A stretch of DNA of 64,000 nt from Candidatus Rifleibacteriota bacterium (GTDB taxonomy: Bacteria; Muiribacteriota; Ozemobacteria; Ozemobacterales; Ozemobacteraceae). The notes beneath the pieces were generated by a model. The model worked only from the letters and a program-made list of their open reading frames with translations. It was not told the DNA's origin and made no database searches. Shown here one piece after another: positions 1 to 11,312 of this stretch. The stretch's first letter is position 1, and each line of letters starts with the position of its first letter. Made by a program: the position numbers and the translations under genes. The stretch spans positions 192,001 to 256,000 of the forward strand of contig JANJUP010000022.1 of the NCBI GenBank assembly GCA_024710525.1, given 5' to 3'.

Positions 1-1404
1 CCGGGCTGCGGCCGGTCTGCCTTGCGAACTTCCAGACGCTGGCGAATTTCGTTGGCCTTCTGCCATTCAGGGTTCTGCTCTTCATAGCTCTCCTGAATTT
101 TCTGGCGCTTCTGTGAGGGGAGATCCCACAGGCGGGTCTTGGCAAGAGAAGTGCCCACTACAGCGGTCTGCATGGCGGCGTTTGACAGCATCGCGGATTT
201 TCCCGCTTCAGACAGCTTAATACTCTTGTAGGCCGTTTCGAGATCGGCAATTTTGCTTTCATAATAGGCCCAGGCCGGTGAATCTTTTTCATATTTGCTC
301 TGCAGCATGCGATTGTATTCGATCTGGTTGAGAATCTCTTTTTTATCTACTGCGGCGCTGGCGGCGCCGGTCGCAAAAGCAAACGGGTTGCTGATTACCG
401 CATTTGAAATCAGATTCGCCTTCGAAGTGCTGCCAAAGAGCTTGCTTGATGCAATTTTGGCCCAGCTGCTTTCGGCGCCGAGTCGGCCGGCAATTCCGCC
501 GAGAACCCCTGAAATGCCTGCTGAAACCAGAGCCTTGTGTTCGTCCTTGCGGAAGTTATCCCAGGTGTATTTTTCTTTGGTAATGGTGTCGAGTTCCTTG
601 AGAGCTGCGACCAGTTCTTTCTGCTGTTCTTCGTTTGGGTTTTCTATGGCTGAAAGCTTCTCGATCTTTGTTTTCAGCTCCTTCTCGCGTTCGTCGTAGT
701 TGTAGTAGTGATCATACCAGAGATTGGTTACGGCACCCTTGGCTACGTTAGAAACGGTGCTGCCGAGGAAGCTTATGGCGCCGGCCTTCGCTGCAGTCTG
801 CACTATGGTTTTTACGGTCAGTGGCCCGACCGACTGAACCAGACCACCTGTCAGCATGTTGAACGGAGCGAGTGCGCCGCTGATTGCTGCTTGAATACTG
901 ACTTCGCGCAGGATCTTATCCATGCCCTTCTTGCTGCCTTCATCTCTGAATGAATTTTTGCGCAGCTCATAAGCAAGGGTCATGGCCGCGGCAGCGGTAG
1001 CACCAACAGCTACGGCACCTACGACTACCCAGGCCAGCGGGCAGACAACGGCAGCAGAAAAAGCCATTACCGCCAGAGTCGGCAGCAGCGCCTTGCCGAT
1101 CGACCAGGCGATTTCTTCGGCCTTGCTCATCTCTTTCTTTTTTACCGCATCGTCAACTGTGGTGTCTGAGATCGTGGCAGTTGCCGAAGCTGCCTCACCG
1201 GTAGCCGAACTGACCGCCATCGGGTCATTTTTGTCAATGGCAATTTTGCTTTCGGTGAATGGGGTGGCGGTGGCGGCTTGCAGCCTGTTTATCGTAAGGT
1301 TTTCAAAAATTCCCGGGCTGACGCCGATCAATGCCGCGATCAGTAGCAGGCCAAGAATACGATGAAAGGCGTATTTTTTCTGGATTCTGCTGTTAAGGTT
1401 CATG
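1..1404 (-). CDS. Hypothetical exported/membrane protein, partial. The N-terminal 467 aa lie in the window and the gene continues past the window start.
   Basis: The minus-strand reading frame is open from an ATG at 1402-1404 (GGAG about 7 nt upstream) down to position 1. It is missing from the ORF track only because it has no stop in the window. It has an N-terminal hydrophobic signal/anchor (LGLLLIAALIGVSPG) and Ala/Gly-rich amphipathic segments. The plus-strand ORFs at 295-1365 are antisense to it. I recognise no family. Confidence 0.5.
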
Positions 1405-1610
1405 CGTGTCTCCCTGTTTCCGGTAAAATTTAACGTTAAATAATACCGCTGTTGATTGTACAAAGTTTATCAGAATTTTCTGATTTAAAAAACCACCTGC
1501 CGCCACAGAAGTCGATATTGTCGAAATTGAGTTGATAAAACGGCGGCTCTTCGTGCTATTATCGGCCGTGCAGGTTCCGCTTGATTTATCACTTTTTGCA
1601 GGAAAAGCCG

Positions 1611-2522
1611 ATGCAGCAGACAGTTTTGACAGTCAGAGAAAAAGTCGTGGCGGGTTTTTATCTGGTTTTTACCGTTCTGGCATTCTCTTCGATCGAGATA
1701 ATGGTCAGTCCGGTCAGACACGATATGGCGCCGATGCTGATGAATTTCTGGCGCTTTCTGATCGGAACTCTTACCTTACTGCCATTCGTTTTGCTGACAA
1801 GATTCAGACAGCTGACGCAATTGCAGCGAACCGATCTGTTGCATCTGGCCCTGCTCGGCTGCATGAATATTTTTTTGAGCATGGGGGCCCACTCAGTCTG
1901 TATAAAATACGCTAAAGCCTCTACCGCAGCGGTTCTGATTGCTGCCAATCCGATTGCCACCAATTTTTTTGCATGGTTGCTGCTGCGCGAAGAGATGCGT
2001 CTGAAAAGAATTTTCTCGCTGCTGCTTGGTCTGGCCGGTGTTGCACTTATTGCCGTCAGAGCTGACAGCTCTGTCGATACACCACTTGGTATTCTCTCGG
2101 GGATTGTGGCGATGGTCGGCTTTGGCTTGTATACCGTCTTATCGAAGCGCCAGCTGCAGAAACACGGCAGCCTTGTAGTTCTGGTTATGAGCTGTCTGCC
2201 GGCACTGCTTCTTTACCTGCCGGTTCTGCATTTCTTTCGGGCGGGGTTCTGGCCACCGCCGCATGCATGGCCAAATCTGCTTGGCTCGGGGATAATCGGC
2301 ACCGGTCTTGGCTATCTGACCTTCATGAAAGCAATGCAATACCTTTCGGCCGGCCGTACCAGTTACCTTTTCTTTTTCAAGCCACCCGTGGCAATGGTTC
2401 TGGCCTGGTGGTTTCTTGGCGAAAAAAGCTCGACCGCAGCGATTGCCGGGACCCTGCTGATCATGACCGGGATTCTTGTCGAGACAATCGGTCGGGCTGA
2501 AAAACCGGCTCTTAATCAGTAA
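1611..2522 (+). CDS. EamA/DMT-family transporter
   Basis: About 10 TM segments with two EamA-like halves. The track ORF starts at a TTG at 1581. I prefer the ATG at 1611, which has GGAAAAG upstream. Confidence 0.75.
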   Translation: MQQTVLTVREKVVAGFYLVFTVLAFSSIEIMVSPVRHDMAPMLMNFWRFLIGTLTLLPFVLLTRFRQLTQLQRTDLLHLALLGCMNIFLSMGAHSVCIKYAKASTAAVLIAANPIATNFFAWLLLREEMRLKRIFSLLLGLAGVALIAVRADSSVDTPLGILSGIVAMVGFGLYTVLSKRQLQKHGSLVVLVMSCLPALLLYLPVLHFFRAGFWPPPHAWPNLLGSGIIGTGLGYLTFMKAMQYLSAGRTSYLFFFKPPVAMVLAWWFLGEKSSTAAIAGTLLIMTGILVETIGRAEKPALNQ

Positions 2523-3853
2523 CCGATAATAAACGGGTCAGTATCGGGGTTTTCTACTTTTACCGGACTGGCCTTGCCTGGCGTAGCGGTGCTGCCGCGA
2601 GTCGTATATTCAACTCCTGCCGATGGCGGCTGGTCGGTGAACTGCCAGTTGCCCTGCGCATCTTTCCATTTGTAGATGGTTCCGTTTTTGTGTGTGATTA
2701 CCTGGTATTTTTCTTCTGGCTGTGGGGCGGGCGGCGTTACATTGGGCACGCTTCTGGTGGCAAGATATGCCTGTATGGCGGTGTTGTTGCCGAGAATAAG
2801 GCGAATATCCGCATCCGAAAGACGGCCAAAAGTTTCCCGGTCGAGGGTCTGCGCCACAACCGTTGTATGTTGCGGATAGTCTTTGATAAAGTTTTGCAGA
2901 AAGCGGCTCATGCGGTTTTCCTGCTGGTTGTGCTTTTCGAATGAATCGAGAACCAGTTTTTCACCGTCGGGCAGGTCTGCGGCCAGTCGGGTAAAAATCA
3001 GGGCATTGATCGCTTCGATGTCGAGAAAGCCCTCGCCATTGATCTGAACGCTGGCAATCGGGTATTCATCGTAGCCGCCCTGGGGTCTTTCGATTTTTAC
3101 GGTTTTGAGGCTGTCACGAAATTCCTTTTCCTCTTCAGGAAAGAAAAGCATTTTGATGAAGTTAGCAAAACCCTCAGCGAAAGATGCCTTTGGTTCAATT
3201 TTTTCGTTGATGTAGTGAGCGCCGTCATGACCATAGGCATTTGTTTCGGTAAATGTTTTGTCGAGTGCATGCCCGAACTCGTGGGCAAAAGTGCTTTTCA
3301 TGCTTTTGGCGGTGTTTGAGCCGTGGCCGAGGCAGTCGGTGCCGCTGATGCGGATTTCTGAATGCAGGCTGAAGCTGTCACCGGAGCGCCGGTAGGTGCG
3401 TGAATTTTGCGGCCAGAAATCATCGGTTATTTTTGTGTAACGGCTCGTATCGGTATAACCGGTGATATCGACCAGATTGAGGTCGATGGTCTTGGTCTGA
3501 CCAGGAATTCGTGGTTTCAAAGTGTCGAATTCGGCCTGTCTGGCGAAACGATAGGTTTCGAGAAGCCCTTTCTGCAGGTCGGTCAGCTCATTTTCAGTTG
3601 TTGCGCCCATCAGTCGCATGAGGTGCGTCTCGTCCGTTACTTTGATGGTTTTGACCCGGTAGGCGTTCTGGCCGTCGGCGGAGAGAACCACCTTTTCGCC
3701 TTCCGGAACATTCTGCTGCATATTGCTGGCAGGGCCAAACGCGGTTATGGCCGTATAACTGGTGACGATGGTTGTTTCGGCCGCCAGAGCAGCCGGTGCG
3801 AAACAGACCGGAAAAATTGCCAGCAGGGTCAGCAGCAGCAGGCGTTTGAACAT
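2516..3853 (-). CDS. Secreted zinc metallopeptidase-like protein (HEFGH motif) with a C-terminal DUF4124-like domain
   Basis: There is a signal peptide (LLLLTLLAIFPVCFAPAALA). An HExxH zinc-binding motif (AHEFGHALD) is present. The C-terminal YKWKDAQGNWQFTDQPP resembles the DUF4124 signature. The ATG start at 3853 has AAGGGGA upstream. Confidence 0.6.
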   Translation of the reverse strand: MFKRLLLLTLLAIFPVCFAPAALAAETTIVTSYTAITAFGPASNMQQNVPEGEKVVLSADGQNAYRVKTIKVTDETHLMRLMGATTENELTDLQKGLLETYRFARQAEFDTLKPRIPGQTKTIDLNLVDITGYTDTSRYTKITDDFWPQNSRTYRRSGDSFSLHSEIRISGTDCLGHGSNTAKSMKSTFAHEFGHALDKTFTETNAYGHDGAHYINEKIEPKASFAEGFANFIKMLFFPEEEKEFRDSLKTVKIERPQGGYDEYPIASVQINGEGFLDIEAINALIFTRLAADLPDGEKLVLDSFEKHNQQENRMSRFLQNFIKDYPQHTTVVAQTLDRETFGRLSDADIRLILGNNTAIQAYLATRSVPNVTPPAPQPEEKYQVITHKNGTIYKWKDAQGNWQFTDQPPSAGVEYTTRGSTATPGKASPVKVENPDTDPFIIGY

Positions 3854-3862
3854 AGATTCCCC

Positions 3863-4381
3863 TTATCGGTTGACGAAATGCCTGACGGCTTCGAGGTAAC
3901 GGGCGTTTTCTGACAGGTTTTTCTCTACCACTTTCAGCAGTTTCTGACGTTCAAAATCGTCGGGGTATATCTGTTTATCATTGACTGCGGCTTTAATTGC
4001 CTGGTAGTCAGGAGAGAACCTGACACCCATTTTCAGCCATGAGCCCATTTCGTCAGGCTGTTGGCCGGTTTTTACCGCGAGAATCTTGACTTTGCGCGGT
4101 GACGCCTGAGGCACTGCTTTGATGACACTGGCGTTGCTGAGAATCTGCAGGTCTTTTGAACTCTCAAAGAAGATTTCAAGATTTTCCAGAGTGCCGAGCC
4201 GACTTTCGATGATGGCAGTCAGCCTTATTTTGCCGGCCTCTTCAATCTGGTCGACAATCTGCAGAGAAATATTTGGTGGAAACACGTAAGCGAACTGATT
4301 GGCGTGCAGGCGCCCATGAATCAGTGACGTGAGAATCATAAGCATCATCAGTAGCTGCAGCCCGGCAACCTGTTTGATCAT
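3863..4381 (-). CDS. Hypothetical exported protein
   Basis: Start is the ATG at 4381 (GAGGG about 9 nt upstream); the track's TTG at 4387 adds 2 aa. An N-terminal hydrophobic segment is followed by a hydrophilic domain. It sits between the giant protein gene and the metalloprotease gene on the same strand. Confidence 0.45.
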   Translation of the reverse strand: MIKQVAGLQLLMMLMILTSLIHGRLHANQFAYVFPPNISLQIVDQIEEAGKIRLTAIIESRLGTLENLEIFFESSKDLQILSNASVIKAVPQASPRKVKILAVKTGQQPDEMGSWLKMGVRFSPDYQAIKAAVNDKQIYPDDFERQKLLKVVEKNLSENARYLEAVRHFVNR

Positions 4382-4446
4382 AAACAAACCCTCAGAATTT
4401 AGATTTCCCCAATTCTAATGATTTATCAGCAAACAGGCAATACACT

Positions 4447-7400
4447 TTACCATTCGTAGTATTGAGTTTTACCGTCGAGGCTTGTTCCTTCTGATGGAGA
4501 GATAAGTTTGCCCTTTGCACCATAGGCTGTGGGCTTTGTCTGACCTGGAATTACCGCTTTTTCAAGCTGAATACCGTCGAACAGCACCGAATATGACGCG
4601 AGAGCTACCGTGGCGTCGGGGGTGGCATTTTTAAGAACGATGAAAGTATGACTGGCACTGCTTTCGACAAACTGATAATCGAAGGTTATATACAGGCGAT
4701 ACCAGGTATGGTCGTCCTGCTGGGCGATGTTGACAGCGCCGGCATCGATTATGCCGGGGCCGCTTTGTGACAGCGTTTTATTCAGGAAATCGAAGCTGAC
4801 TTCTCTGTAGGAAGCGGTTGTCTTGTCGGCCAGAGTTTCGAGAAAGCCGATTGCTGCAGTGCCGGTTGCGGCCACGAATGCCGAAAAGATAACGGTTTCC
4901 GGGGCCAGGGCCGAGAATGAGGTTGTGGCGATTTCCTGATACAGGCTGCCGGATGCCAGGTCCGGGCCGATGGCAGAGCTGAGGACATTGAGCTGCAGCT
5001 CGCAGGTCTGTCCTTCAAGAGTTTGCACGCCGGTGTGGAGACCTGCTGCCTGAGACGAGTCGACTGGCCCGACAGTTACCTGGCAGATCGTGCTTGCCCC
5101 TACAACCAGCGGGTCAGGAATTGCAGAGAAACTGATGAGTGAAGAATCAATGGTTCCGGGGCCGGCGAGATCTGCCATGGTCCATTTTGTATCAAGGCCC
5201 GCAATGTCGACATTGCCGATGTTATTGATTGTCAGATCGAAAGGCAGTGTCGACTCGCCCGGCTTAACGTCTCCGAGGTCGGCAATAGATGGTAGAATCT
5301 CGATTCTTGGAAAAGCGTTCACGGATACTGACAGAACAAACGTGGCCGAGGCTTCGCCTGCGTCAATCGCGCCGTTGTTATTCTCATCTTCATAGATGGT
5401 CTGCAGACCGCTGTAAGACCCCGGCAACTGGTGCATCGGGATTGTCATGCTGGCTGAGGTGGCTTTGGTTCCGTTCGAAGAAACATTGAAAGGTCCGGCC
5501 GGCAGAAAGCTGAATGCGCTTACCGGTAAGGTGTTGGCACCGGAGACCAGGGCTGTTTTTGACCACTTCAACTTGGACAGCGGAATCGAGGTGAGATTTT
5601 TTACTTCGAAGGCCTTGCTCAAAACTGTGGGCGTTCCGGGGATACTGGGGTCGCCTCCGCCAAGGCCTACGGGAGTGGTTACCGAAAGCTTCTTTTCACC
5701 TACGGTTAATTTCAGCAACAGGTTGTGACTTTCTTCAGCTCCTGCGTCGAAAGTATTGTTTTGTGTCTGATAATCATCGTAAATAACCTGGTAGCCCTCG
5801 TAGGGCCCGGCGGTCTGCCCTGGTGGAACGGAAATACTGACAGTGATCGTAGCTGTCTGCCCAACGGCAAGGCTTCCGGCCAGCGGGTCATTGAAAGTGA
5901 TCTGCGTTTCCGAAATGCTTGGCGGTCCCGGAGCGACAGGGTTTAAAGGGAATTTTACCACTTTAACCACTTCTGCCGGGTTGTTGATCGGGATATTCCC
6001 GGCATTGATCAGTGTGAGTTCAATGCTGCGGCTCTGCCCCGCCGGAATAAAGAAAAAATCAGCAGGATTAGGGCTCACGGTGATTACTCTTTTTCCGGTT
6101 ACCCTGACTTCGAGAGTTACAGTATCGCTTGCCTCGGTCGGGTCAGGTAAAAAGTCGTTATTTGTGTCGTCCCATACTCTTATTGTGCAGCTATATGTGC
6201 CAATGGTCTGGCCGGCAGGAATCTGAACGGCAACCTGACCGGTTTTGATCTGTCCGGAACTCAAATAGTCGAAAGTTGCTGGCGTAAAAATACAAGCTGC
6301 CTTCGGAATAAATTTGGTCGCGTCAGATTGCTCAATGAGGTTTTCGATAGCTATTACTCTTGGCTTCGCCAGAATGAGCGAGCCGGTATTTTTTATGCGG
6401 TAAGAGGTTGAGGTCGAGGTTGAATTGGGAGTTCCGGTGGCGAGAAGGGGCCCGACTTCAATGATGTCTACCGCTTTACTGCCGACCTGGCAGGTGATTG
6501 CGAACGTGTCGCTCGCACTGATGGCAGCGTTGTCGAAAAGGCGGGCCGGGTTACCGAAATACAACCCGGGAGGCTGAGCAGGCAGAAGCTCTATGGTCAC
6601 CGTAGCATTGAATGTCTTTCCGAACCCGGTGAGGAAAAATGCTGCCGGCTCAATTGCATAACGATCGTCGGTAATCTGCAGCGCGTTGTCGAAGAGAGTG
6701 GTTTCCTGCCAGCCAAGGTTGCTCAGGTCAGTGTTGCCGGCATTGCGGCAGAGAAATCCGATGGATTTCGGCGGGTCACCGGGAGCGACGCCGCCCAGGT
6801 CGACGGTCGAAGGTATGACCTGCACAGAATAATATGGGTTGATGGTTACTTTGAGTTCAAAGGTTTTGGCGACTTCATTGGCGGTTCCGTTGTTTATTCC
6901 ATCGCCATTCTCGTCGTCAAAGACTGTTTGTAGGCCGCTGAAAACACCGACAGGGGTGCCGGCTGGTATATAAAGGCTTATGGTTGCAACTTTTGCATTG
7001 GCTGCGCCTGGCAAGATCGGCCCCGGGGGCATTTCAATGGTCAGGTAGTCCTGCGAAATCGCGTATGCACCCTGGGTAAGATCAGACAATTCAGCCGCCG
7101 GGTTAACGATATCGAGAGTGCCGACATTGGTAATGGTAACGTTGAAATTGGTTAAAGTGAAGGTTGGGGTAGCGTTACCGAGGTCTTTCGGGTTGTCGGT
7201 AATGTTAAAGTCTTTTGCTCCGACAGAGAATCTTACCATGAATGTGCATGATGCCTCGCCGGCATCGATAACATCCGGGTTAGAGGTGTCTTCCCAGAGG
7301 GTAAAAGTTGCGATGTGTTCGCCGACTGTGTCGGCGCCGACGTATGCCGAGATGCTGGCAATTTCGACGCCATCGGTTGCAAGTGCCCCGAGTGGGTTCG

Positions 7401-10400
7401 GGGAGACAGTGATGTATGAGCTCGCAAACGTCTGATCGGTCTGTTTGAATTTAAGGGCCGTCAGATTCAGGTTGCCGCCGTTAAAAATGTTGATTGTCAC
7501 AGTTGCGGTGTTCGAATCGACCGGGTAACCGCCGAGTTCGACCAGGCTGGTGTCTGTATAAACAACCTTGCATTCGCTGGCAACTGCCTCTACCGTGAAT
7601 TCGTAGTATGGCTCGCCCAGGTCTCTGGCGCTGTTGCCCGAAAGATCATCATACACCGCCATTATTGCCGTATAGGTGCCTGCCGGCTGATTGTAGGGTA
7701 TGGTCAGCCCGAAACTGCAGGCAGTTGTCAGGGTTCCGGTTGCGACTGAAAATCCTGATGCCGGTATAAAATCAAAGTAGGCATAGGGAATTTTATCGCC
7801 GCTGGTTGAAGTCGGGTAGGCTTTCTGCCAGAAAACTCTTGAGAGGTGAGTGTTACCATTATTATGCAGCTGAAATGGCCATGCAATCGTGCTGCCGCAG
7901 ACCATGGGCGCAATTTGTATCGGGTCGGGCTGCACTTCAAGGTCACGGAAAAGAATCTGGATGTTATTGCTGGTTGTTGAAGCCAGAGAAACGGTTCTCT
8001 GCGTTTCGGCGTAGGTCGTATTGAGGTCGATGCCGCTTGCCGCAGCCTGCATGGCAAAACTGCTGCCGATTGCGGTAAAGTCGGTTGTCTTGAAAACCCA
8101 GGTAAAAGTGGCCGGATTGCCAAAGCTGACACTCACTGAGGCCGGTGTTGGCCCCGAAACAAGGGTGTTGGCGGCTCCAGTGTAGGTTGGCGCTCGAATC
8201 GGCATGGTCGGTGTCGCAGGATAAATCGTTGAACTGCTGGCAACATTGTTCGTAAGCAACATGGTAACGGTAATATTGTTGCCAAGTTCGAGAGTTGTCG
8301 GAAAAATTGCCAAAGAAGCGGTAAGCTGTCCCTGCGCCTGCACAGTAAAAAACTGTTCGCCCAGATTTTCCTGTCTGTTTCCAGATGGACTCTGTACCTG
8401 CCAGATTCTCAGTCGCCACCGGTCAAGATACTGAGCTCCGGCATCGGTTGGGATTACGAATGAACAAGAGTATTTTCCAGTGGCTGAAGCCTTGCCCACC
8501 CCGGAATCAAAGCGGCCGTCGCCATCTGGGGGCGTGGTTGGGTCGTAGAGGTGGACACTGACATTTGCGTTGGCGGTCAGGCCGGAAAATTCGACAAAAA
8601 TGGTTTGCCCCTGATTATATGTGTATTGTTCAGGAGAAAAAGAGTTGTTGGCGGCGCAGCGGCCGGAAACAGCCTTGATTTCCCAGAAATAGACCGGAGC
8701 GCAGACTGTTGTCGAAGTTGATGCCGGGTTATTGGCTTCGTATGCCGTGAAAGAGGCAGAAGCGTTAACCGCGCCGATAGCAGAAACTGCATCTACAGAA
8801 ACCGTGAAGATTACGTTTAATGTAGAGTTTCCAGCCAGAAGAAAAGGGCTTGTGGTTGGGTTTGTTACGGCCTGGTGATGAGTCCCATTGCTGAATGAGA
8901 GACTGGCGGAGTCTACGTAAACGGCAGCCTCTCCCTGATTTCTTACCTGCATGGTAACACTCAGCCCCGTCTGGTTGCGGTAGACATCGCCGTAGCCTTC
9001 GGTTAATGAAACGATGCTGAGAATTGGCGGGCTTTGAATGAGGCAGAGGCTGCTGGTTTGAGTTGCTGCCGTCAATGAAGTTGAATCGTTAAGGTCATAG
9101 CCATAGCCAGCGCCCTCAAATTCAAATGAGCCAACCGAGGTGGCAGCGAACTGCCAGTTGAAGGTTGTCTGCCCCAGACCGGCTATTGATGAGACTTCTG
9201 GAGTTGGGCCTGAAAGCAGGCCAGCATTGCCGGTCAGGAGCGTCAAAACGCCGGGGAGTGCATCTGTGACAGCCGCACCACCTGAGTTTATGATGGTTGA
9301 GGTGGCTGTGAATGTCTGATTAAGGGTTACGGTTGCCGGCAGCTGGTGCTGTATGGAAATGGCAGCGGGGGTAACCACGTAAAATTGTTTTTCTGCGAGT
9401 GGTGTGCTGTCAATGACTCTTGTGGCGATTACGCGCCAGAGCCCCAGCGGCGAGGCTGCGTCGAGGCTTAACTGGTCGGTCATTATGCCATGCTCGTCTG
9501 TTGTCGACGGCGGGTCTGTAACTTGCACCAGCACGCCGGAAGGGTTATACCAGCGGAACCTTTGCTCGGTAAGAGGCTGCAGGTTTTCAGTTTTTGCATA
9601 AACGATGGTGCTGCCCTGATTGAAACTGTTCGATTCAATTATGTACGAGGGGAATTTTGGCGGGCCCTGATAGGTTTTCATGACGCCGGCGACGACTATC
9701 CAGGTGCCTGGTTCGGTTGCACCGTCATAATTTGTTGAAGGAGTCAGCAGGTTGACATCTCTGAAGGTTATGTCAGCGTCGATGACGCAGGTTCCTGTTG
9801 CCGAAAGGGGGCTGACGTCGACCAGGTAGTGGATGGTTACCGGCAGGCCAGGGTAAACCGCAACCGGAAGGGCATCGACCATGCGTATGTTTTCGTAACT
9901 GCCGAGATTGAACTTGAATGAGGTTGAATCCCAGTAAGCGGCGGCATTTTTGTTGCCGTCATTGATTACTTCGACTGCGATGGAGACATCTTTCTGGGCC
10001 CGGTAAACGGTTTCTGGGGTGGTTATTTTTTGCACCACGAGATTTGCCGGCGAACGGATCAGCCATGAATGGGTCTGTAAAGCCGAGGTGGCGACGATTG
10101 TGCGGGCCGGAACGATCTGAATATTGGTGCCGGTAGCAGTTGCATCGATTACATCGGTGTCTGGAATACTGCCTTCAAGAATGTCCACCGAGAAGGTAAT
10201 CGTTGTGCTGGCTTCACCGGAGATAGTTATTGGCAAAGCGGTCTGCAGGGTTTTATTGTAAGCCCCGATTGCCGGGTCACTGAAGTAAAGGTCGATTTCT
10301 GATAGCTTTGCCGGGGAATAACCGGTGTTTGAAACATATACCTTAACGGGAATTCCGCTCTGACCTATCGTAACGGTTGTGGGAGCAGCTTCGACTTTGG

Positions 10401-11310
10401 TGATTACCAGTTTGGCTGTTTTAAAAACCGCCACTGGCGACAGGGGAGAAACGGCACCGGTCGAATCGACGTCGGCAATTGCATAATAGACCGCGTCGGC
10501 GGCCGGAGGGGTGGGGTCGGTATGATACGAATCATTTGCTGACGAAGTAATGGTCGCTATTTGTGTCCAGGGCCCGTTTTCCGCCAGACTTCGATAAACC
10601 CGATAGGCTGAAAAGGTTACGACTGAAGAACTGCTGTTGTGCCAGTCAAGGTAGCATGCCCCAGAGGTAGTTTCTGATGCGGTCAACCCGGACGGGCTGA
10701 TATTGCAGCTTATTCTGTCGACGCGGCATTCGGCGGTGCTTTTCGGCCCGCAGCCAAGCAACCAGTAAAAATGTATACGATATCTGCTGCCCCCTGGCAG
10801 TGTTGCCGGGAAATTTGAGACGTTCTTCCAGGCGGGGAGGGGATTAGGGGTGGCTGTGCCGGAATTTTGTATGTTCAGAAAAGTGTGCGTCGGGGCTGTC
10901 TCGCTTTCTTTTCGAATGGTTCCGAGGAGGTTGTATTCCCAATTGTTGTCATCAGCGTATTCTCTATAGTATACGCTGATCAATGCATTGGTATCGGATG
11001 CTCTGGCAGCTGCCGGAAAAGTCTGCCAGAGCTCACCATCGGTATAAAGAAATACGTTGGCGCCACCGCCGGCTCCGCGGTCATACAGGCCTCTGAAATA
11101 AGCTCCATCAAGGGTCCCATCGGTGGTATTTCTTGCAAGATTTGTTAACGGGGCTATATCAACCATGGTTTTCTTGGTCCAGCCAGTTTCATTGGTTGTA
11201 AAGCTGCCGTTGGCGATCTGTTCAAGAGCGAAAACGGTCGGAAGTCGGAGCAGGGCCAGGACAAAAAATGACAAAAAAACTGCAATGCATTTTTGCCGAT
11301 GGTTAAGCAT
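4447..11310 (-). CDS. Giant (2287 aa) repetitive secreted/cell-surface protein with multiple Ig-like / CARDB-like beta-sandwich repeats
   Basis: An uninterrupted 6.86 kb ORF with an ATG and GGAGGT RBS. It has a signal peptide (VFLSFFVLALLRLPTVFA). It is Thr/Ser/Asn/Gly-rich with a recurring motif (D/E)DxNxDGxIDAGEAS...T(F/V)xL(K/E)V, for example EDENNNGAIDAGEASATFVLSV, SNPDVIDAGEASCTFMVRF and DDTNNDFLPDPTEASDTVTLEV. I see no sortase, PEP-CTERM or T9SS sorting signal at the C-terminus. Confidence 0.85.
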   Translation of the reverse strand: MLNHRQKCIAVFLSFFVLALLRLPTVFALEQIANGSFTTNETGWTKKTMVDIAPLTNLARNTTDGTLDGAYFRGLYDRGAGGGANVFLYTDGELWQTFPAAARASDTNALISVYYREYADDNNWEYNLLGTIRKESETAPTHTFLNIQNSGTATPNPLPAWKNVSNFPATLPGGSRYRIHFYWLLGCGPKSTAECRVDRISCNISPSGLTASETTSGACYLDWHNSSSSVVTFSAYRVYRSLAENGPWTQIATITSSANDSYHTDPTPPAADAVYYAIADVDSTGAVSPLSPVAVFKTAKLVITKVEAAPTTVTIGQSGIPVKVYVSNTGYSPAKLSEIDLYFSDPAIGAYNKTLQTALPITISGEASTTITFSVDILEGSIPDTDVIDATATGTNIQIVPARTIVATSALQTHSWLIRSPANLVVQKITTPETVYRAQKDVSIAVEVINDGNKNAAAYWDSTSFKFNLGSYENIRMVDALPVAVYPGLPVTIHYLVDVSPLSATGTCVIDADITFRDVNLLTPSTNYDGATEPGTWIVVAGVMKTYQGPPKFPSYIIESNSFNQGSTIVYAKTENLQPLTEQRFRWYNPSGVLVQVTDPPSTTDEHGIMTDQLSLDAASPLGLWRVIATRVIDSTPLAEKQFYVVTPAAISIQHQLPATVTLNQTFTATSTIINSGGAAVTDALPGVLTLLTGNAGLLSGPTPEVSSIAGLGQTTFNWQFAATSVGSFEFEGAGYGYDLNDSTSLTAATQTSSLCLIQSPPILSIVSLTEGYGDVYRNQTGLSVTMQVRNQGEAAVYVDSASLSFSNGTHHQAVTNPTTSPFLLAGNSTLNVIFTVSVDAVSAIGAVNASASFTAYEANNPASTSTTVCAPVYFWEIKAVSGRCAANNSFSPEQYTYNQGQTIFVEFSGLTANANVSVHLYDPTTPPDGDGRFDSGVGKASATGKYSCSFVIPTDAGAQYLDRWRLRIWQVQSPSGNRQENLGEQFFTVQAQGQLTASLAIFPTTLELGNNITVTMLLTNNVASSSTIYPATPTMPIRAPTYTGAANTLVSGPTPASVSVSFGNPATFTWVFKTTDFTAIGSSFAMQAAASGIDLNTTYAETQRTVSLASTTSNNIQILFRDLEVQPDPIQIAPMVCGSTIAWPFQLHNNGNTHLSRVFWQKAYPTSTSGDKIPYAYFDFIPASGFSVATGTLTTACSFGLTIPYNQPAGTYTAIMAVYDDLSGNSARDLGEPYYEFTVEAVASECKVVYTDTSLVELGGYPVDSNTATVTINIFNGGNLNLTALKFKQTDQTFASSYITVSPNPLGALATDGVEIASISAYVGADTVGEHIATFTLWEDTSNPDVIDAGEASCTFMVRFSVGAKDFNITDNPKDLGNATPTFTLTNFNVTITNVGTLDIVNPAAELSDLTQGAYAISQDYLTIEMPPGPILPGAANAKVATISLYIPAGTPVGVFSGLQTVFDDENGDGINNGTANEVAKTFELKVTINPYYSVQVIPSTVDLGGVAPGDPPKSIGFLCRNAGNTDLSNLGWQETTLFDNALQITDDRYAIEPAAFFLTGFGKTFNATVTIELLPAQPPGLYFGNPARLFDNAAISASDTFAITCQVGSKAVDIIEVGPLLATGTPNSTSTSTSYRIKNTGSLILAKPRVIAIENLIEQSDATKFIPKAACIFTPATFDYLSSGQIKTGQVAVQIPAGQTIGTYSCTIRVWDDTNNDFLPDPTEASDTVTLEVRVTGKRVITVSPNPADFFFIPAGQSRSIELTLINAGNIPINNPAEVVKVVKFPLNPVAPGPPSISETQITFNDPLAGSLAVGQTATITVSISVPPGQTAGPYEGYQVIYDDYQTQNNTFDAGAEESHNLLLKLTVGEKKLSVTTPVGLGGGDPSIPGTPTVLSKAFEVKNLTSIPLSKLKWSKTALVSGANTLPVSAFSFLPAGPFNVSSNGTKATSASMTIPMHQLPGSYSGLQTIYEDENNNGAIDAGEASATFVLSVSVNAFPRIEILPSIADLGDVKPGESTLPFDLTINNIGNVDIAGLDTKWTMADLAGPGTIDSSLISFSAIPDPLVVGASTICQVTVGPVDSSQAAGLHTGVQTLEGQTCELQLNVLSSAIGPDLASGSLYQEIATTSFSALAPETVIFSAFVAATGTAAIGFLETLADKTTASYREVSFDFLNKTLSQSGPGIIDAGAVNIAQQDDHTWYRLYITFDYQFVESSASHTFIVLKNATPDATVALASYSVLFDGIQLEKAVIPGQTKPTAYGAKGKLISPSEGTSLDGKTQYYEW

Positions 11311-11312
11311 GT

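Noticed and set aside
295-1365. Three plus-strand ORFs (134, 81 and 127 aa)
   Set aside because: They are antisense to a long, RBS-supported minus-strand frame (1-1404) that is missing from the ORF track only because it has no stop in the window. Their products are low-complexity Ala/Ser-rich.
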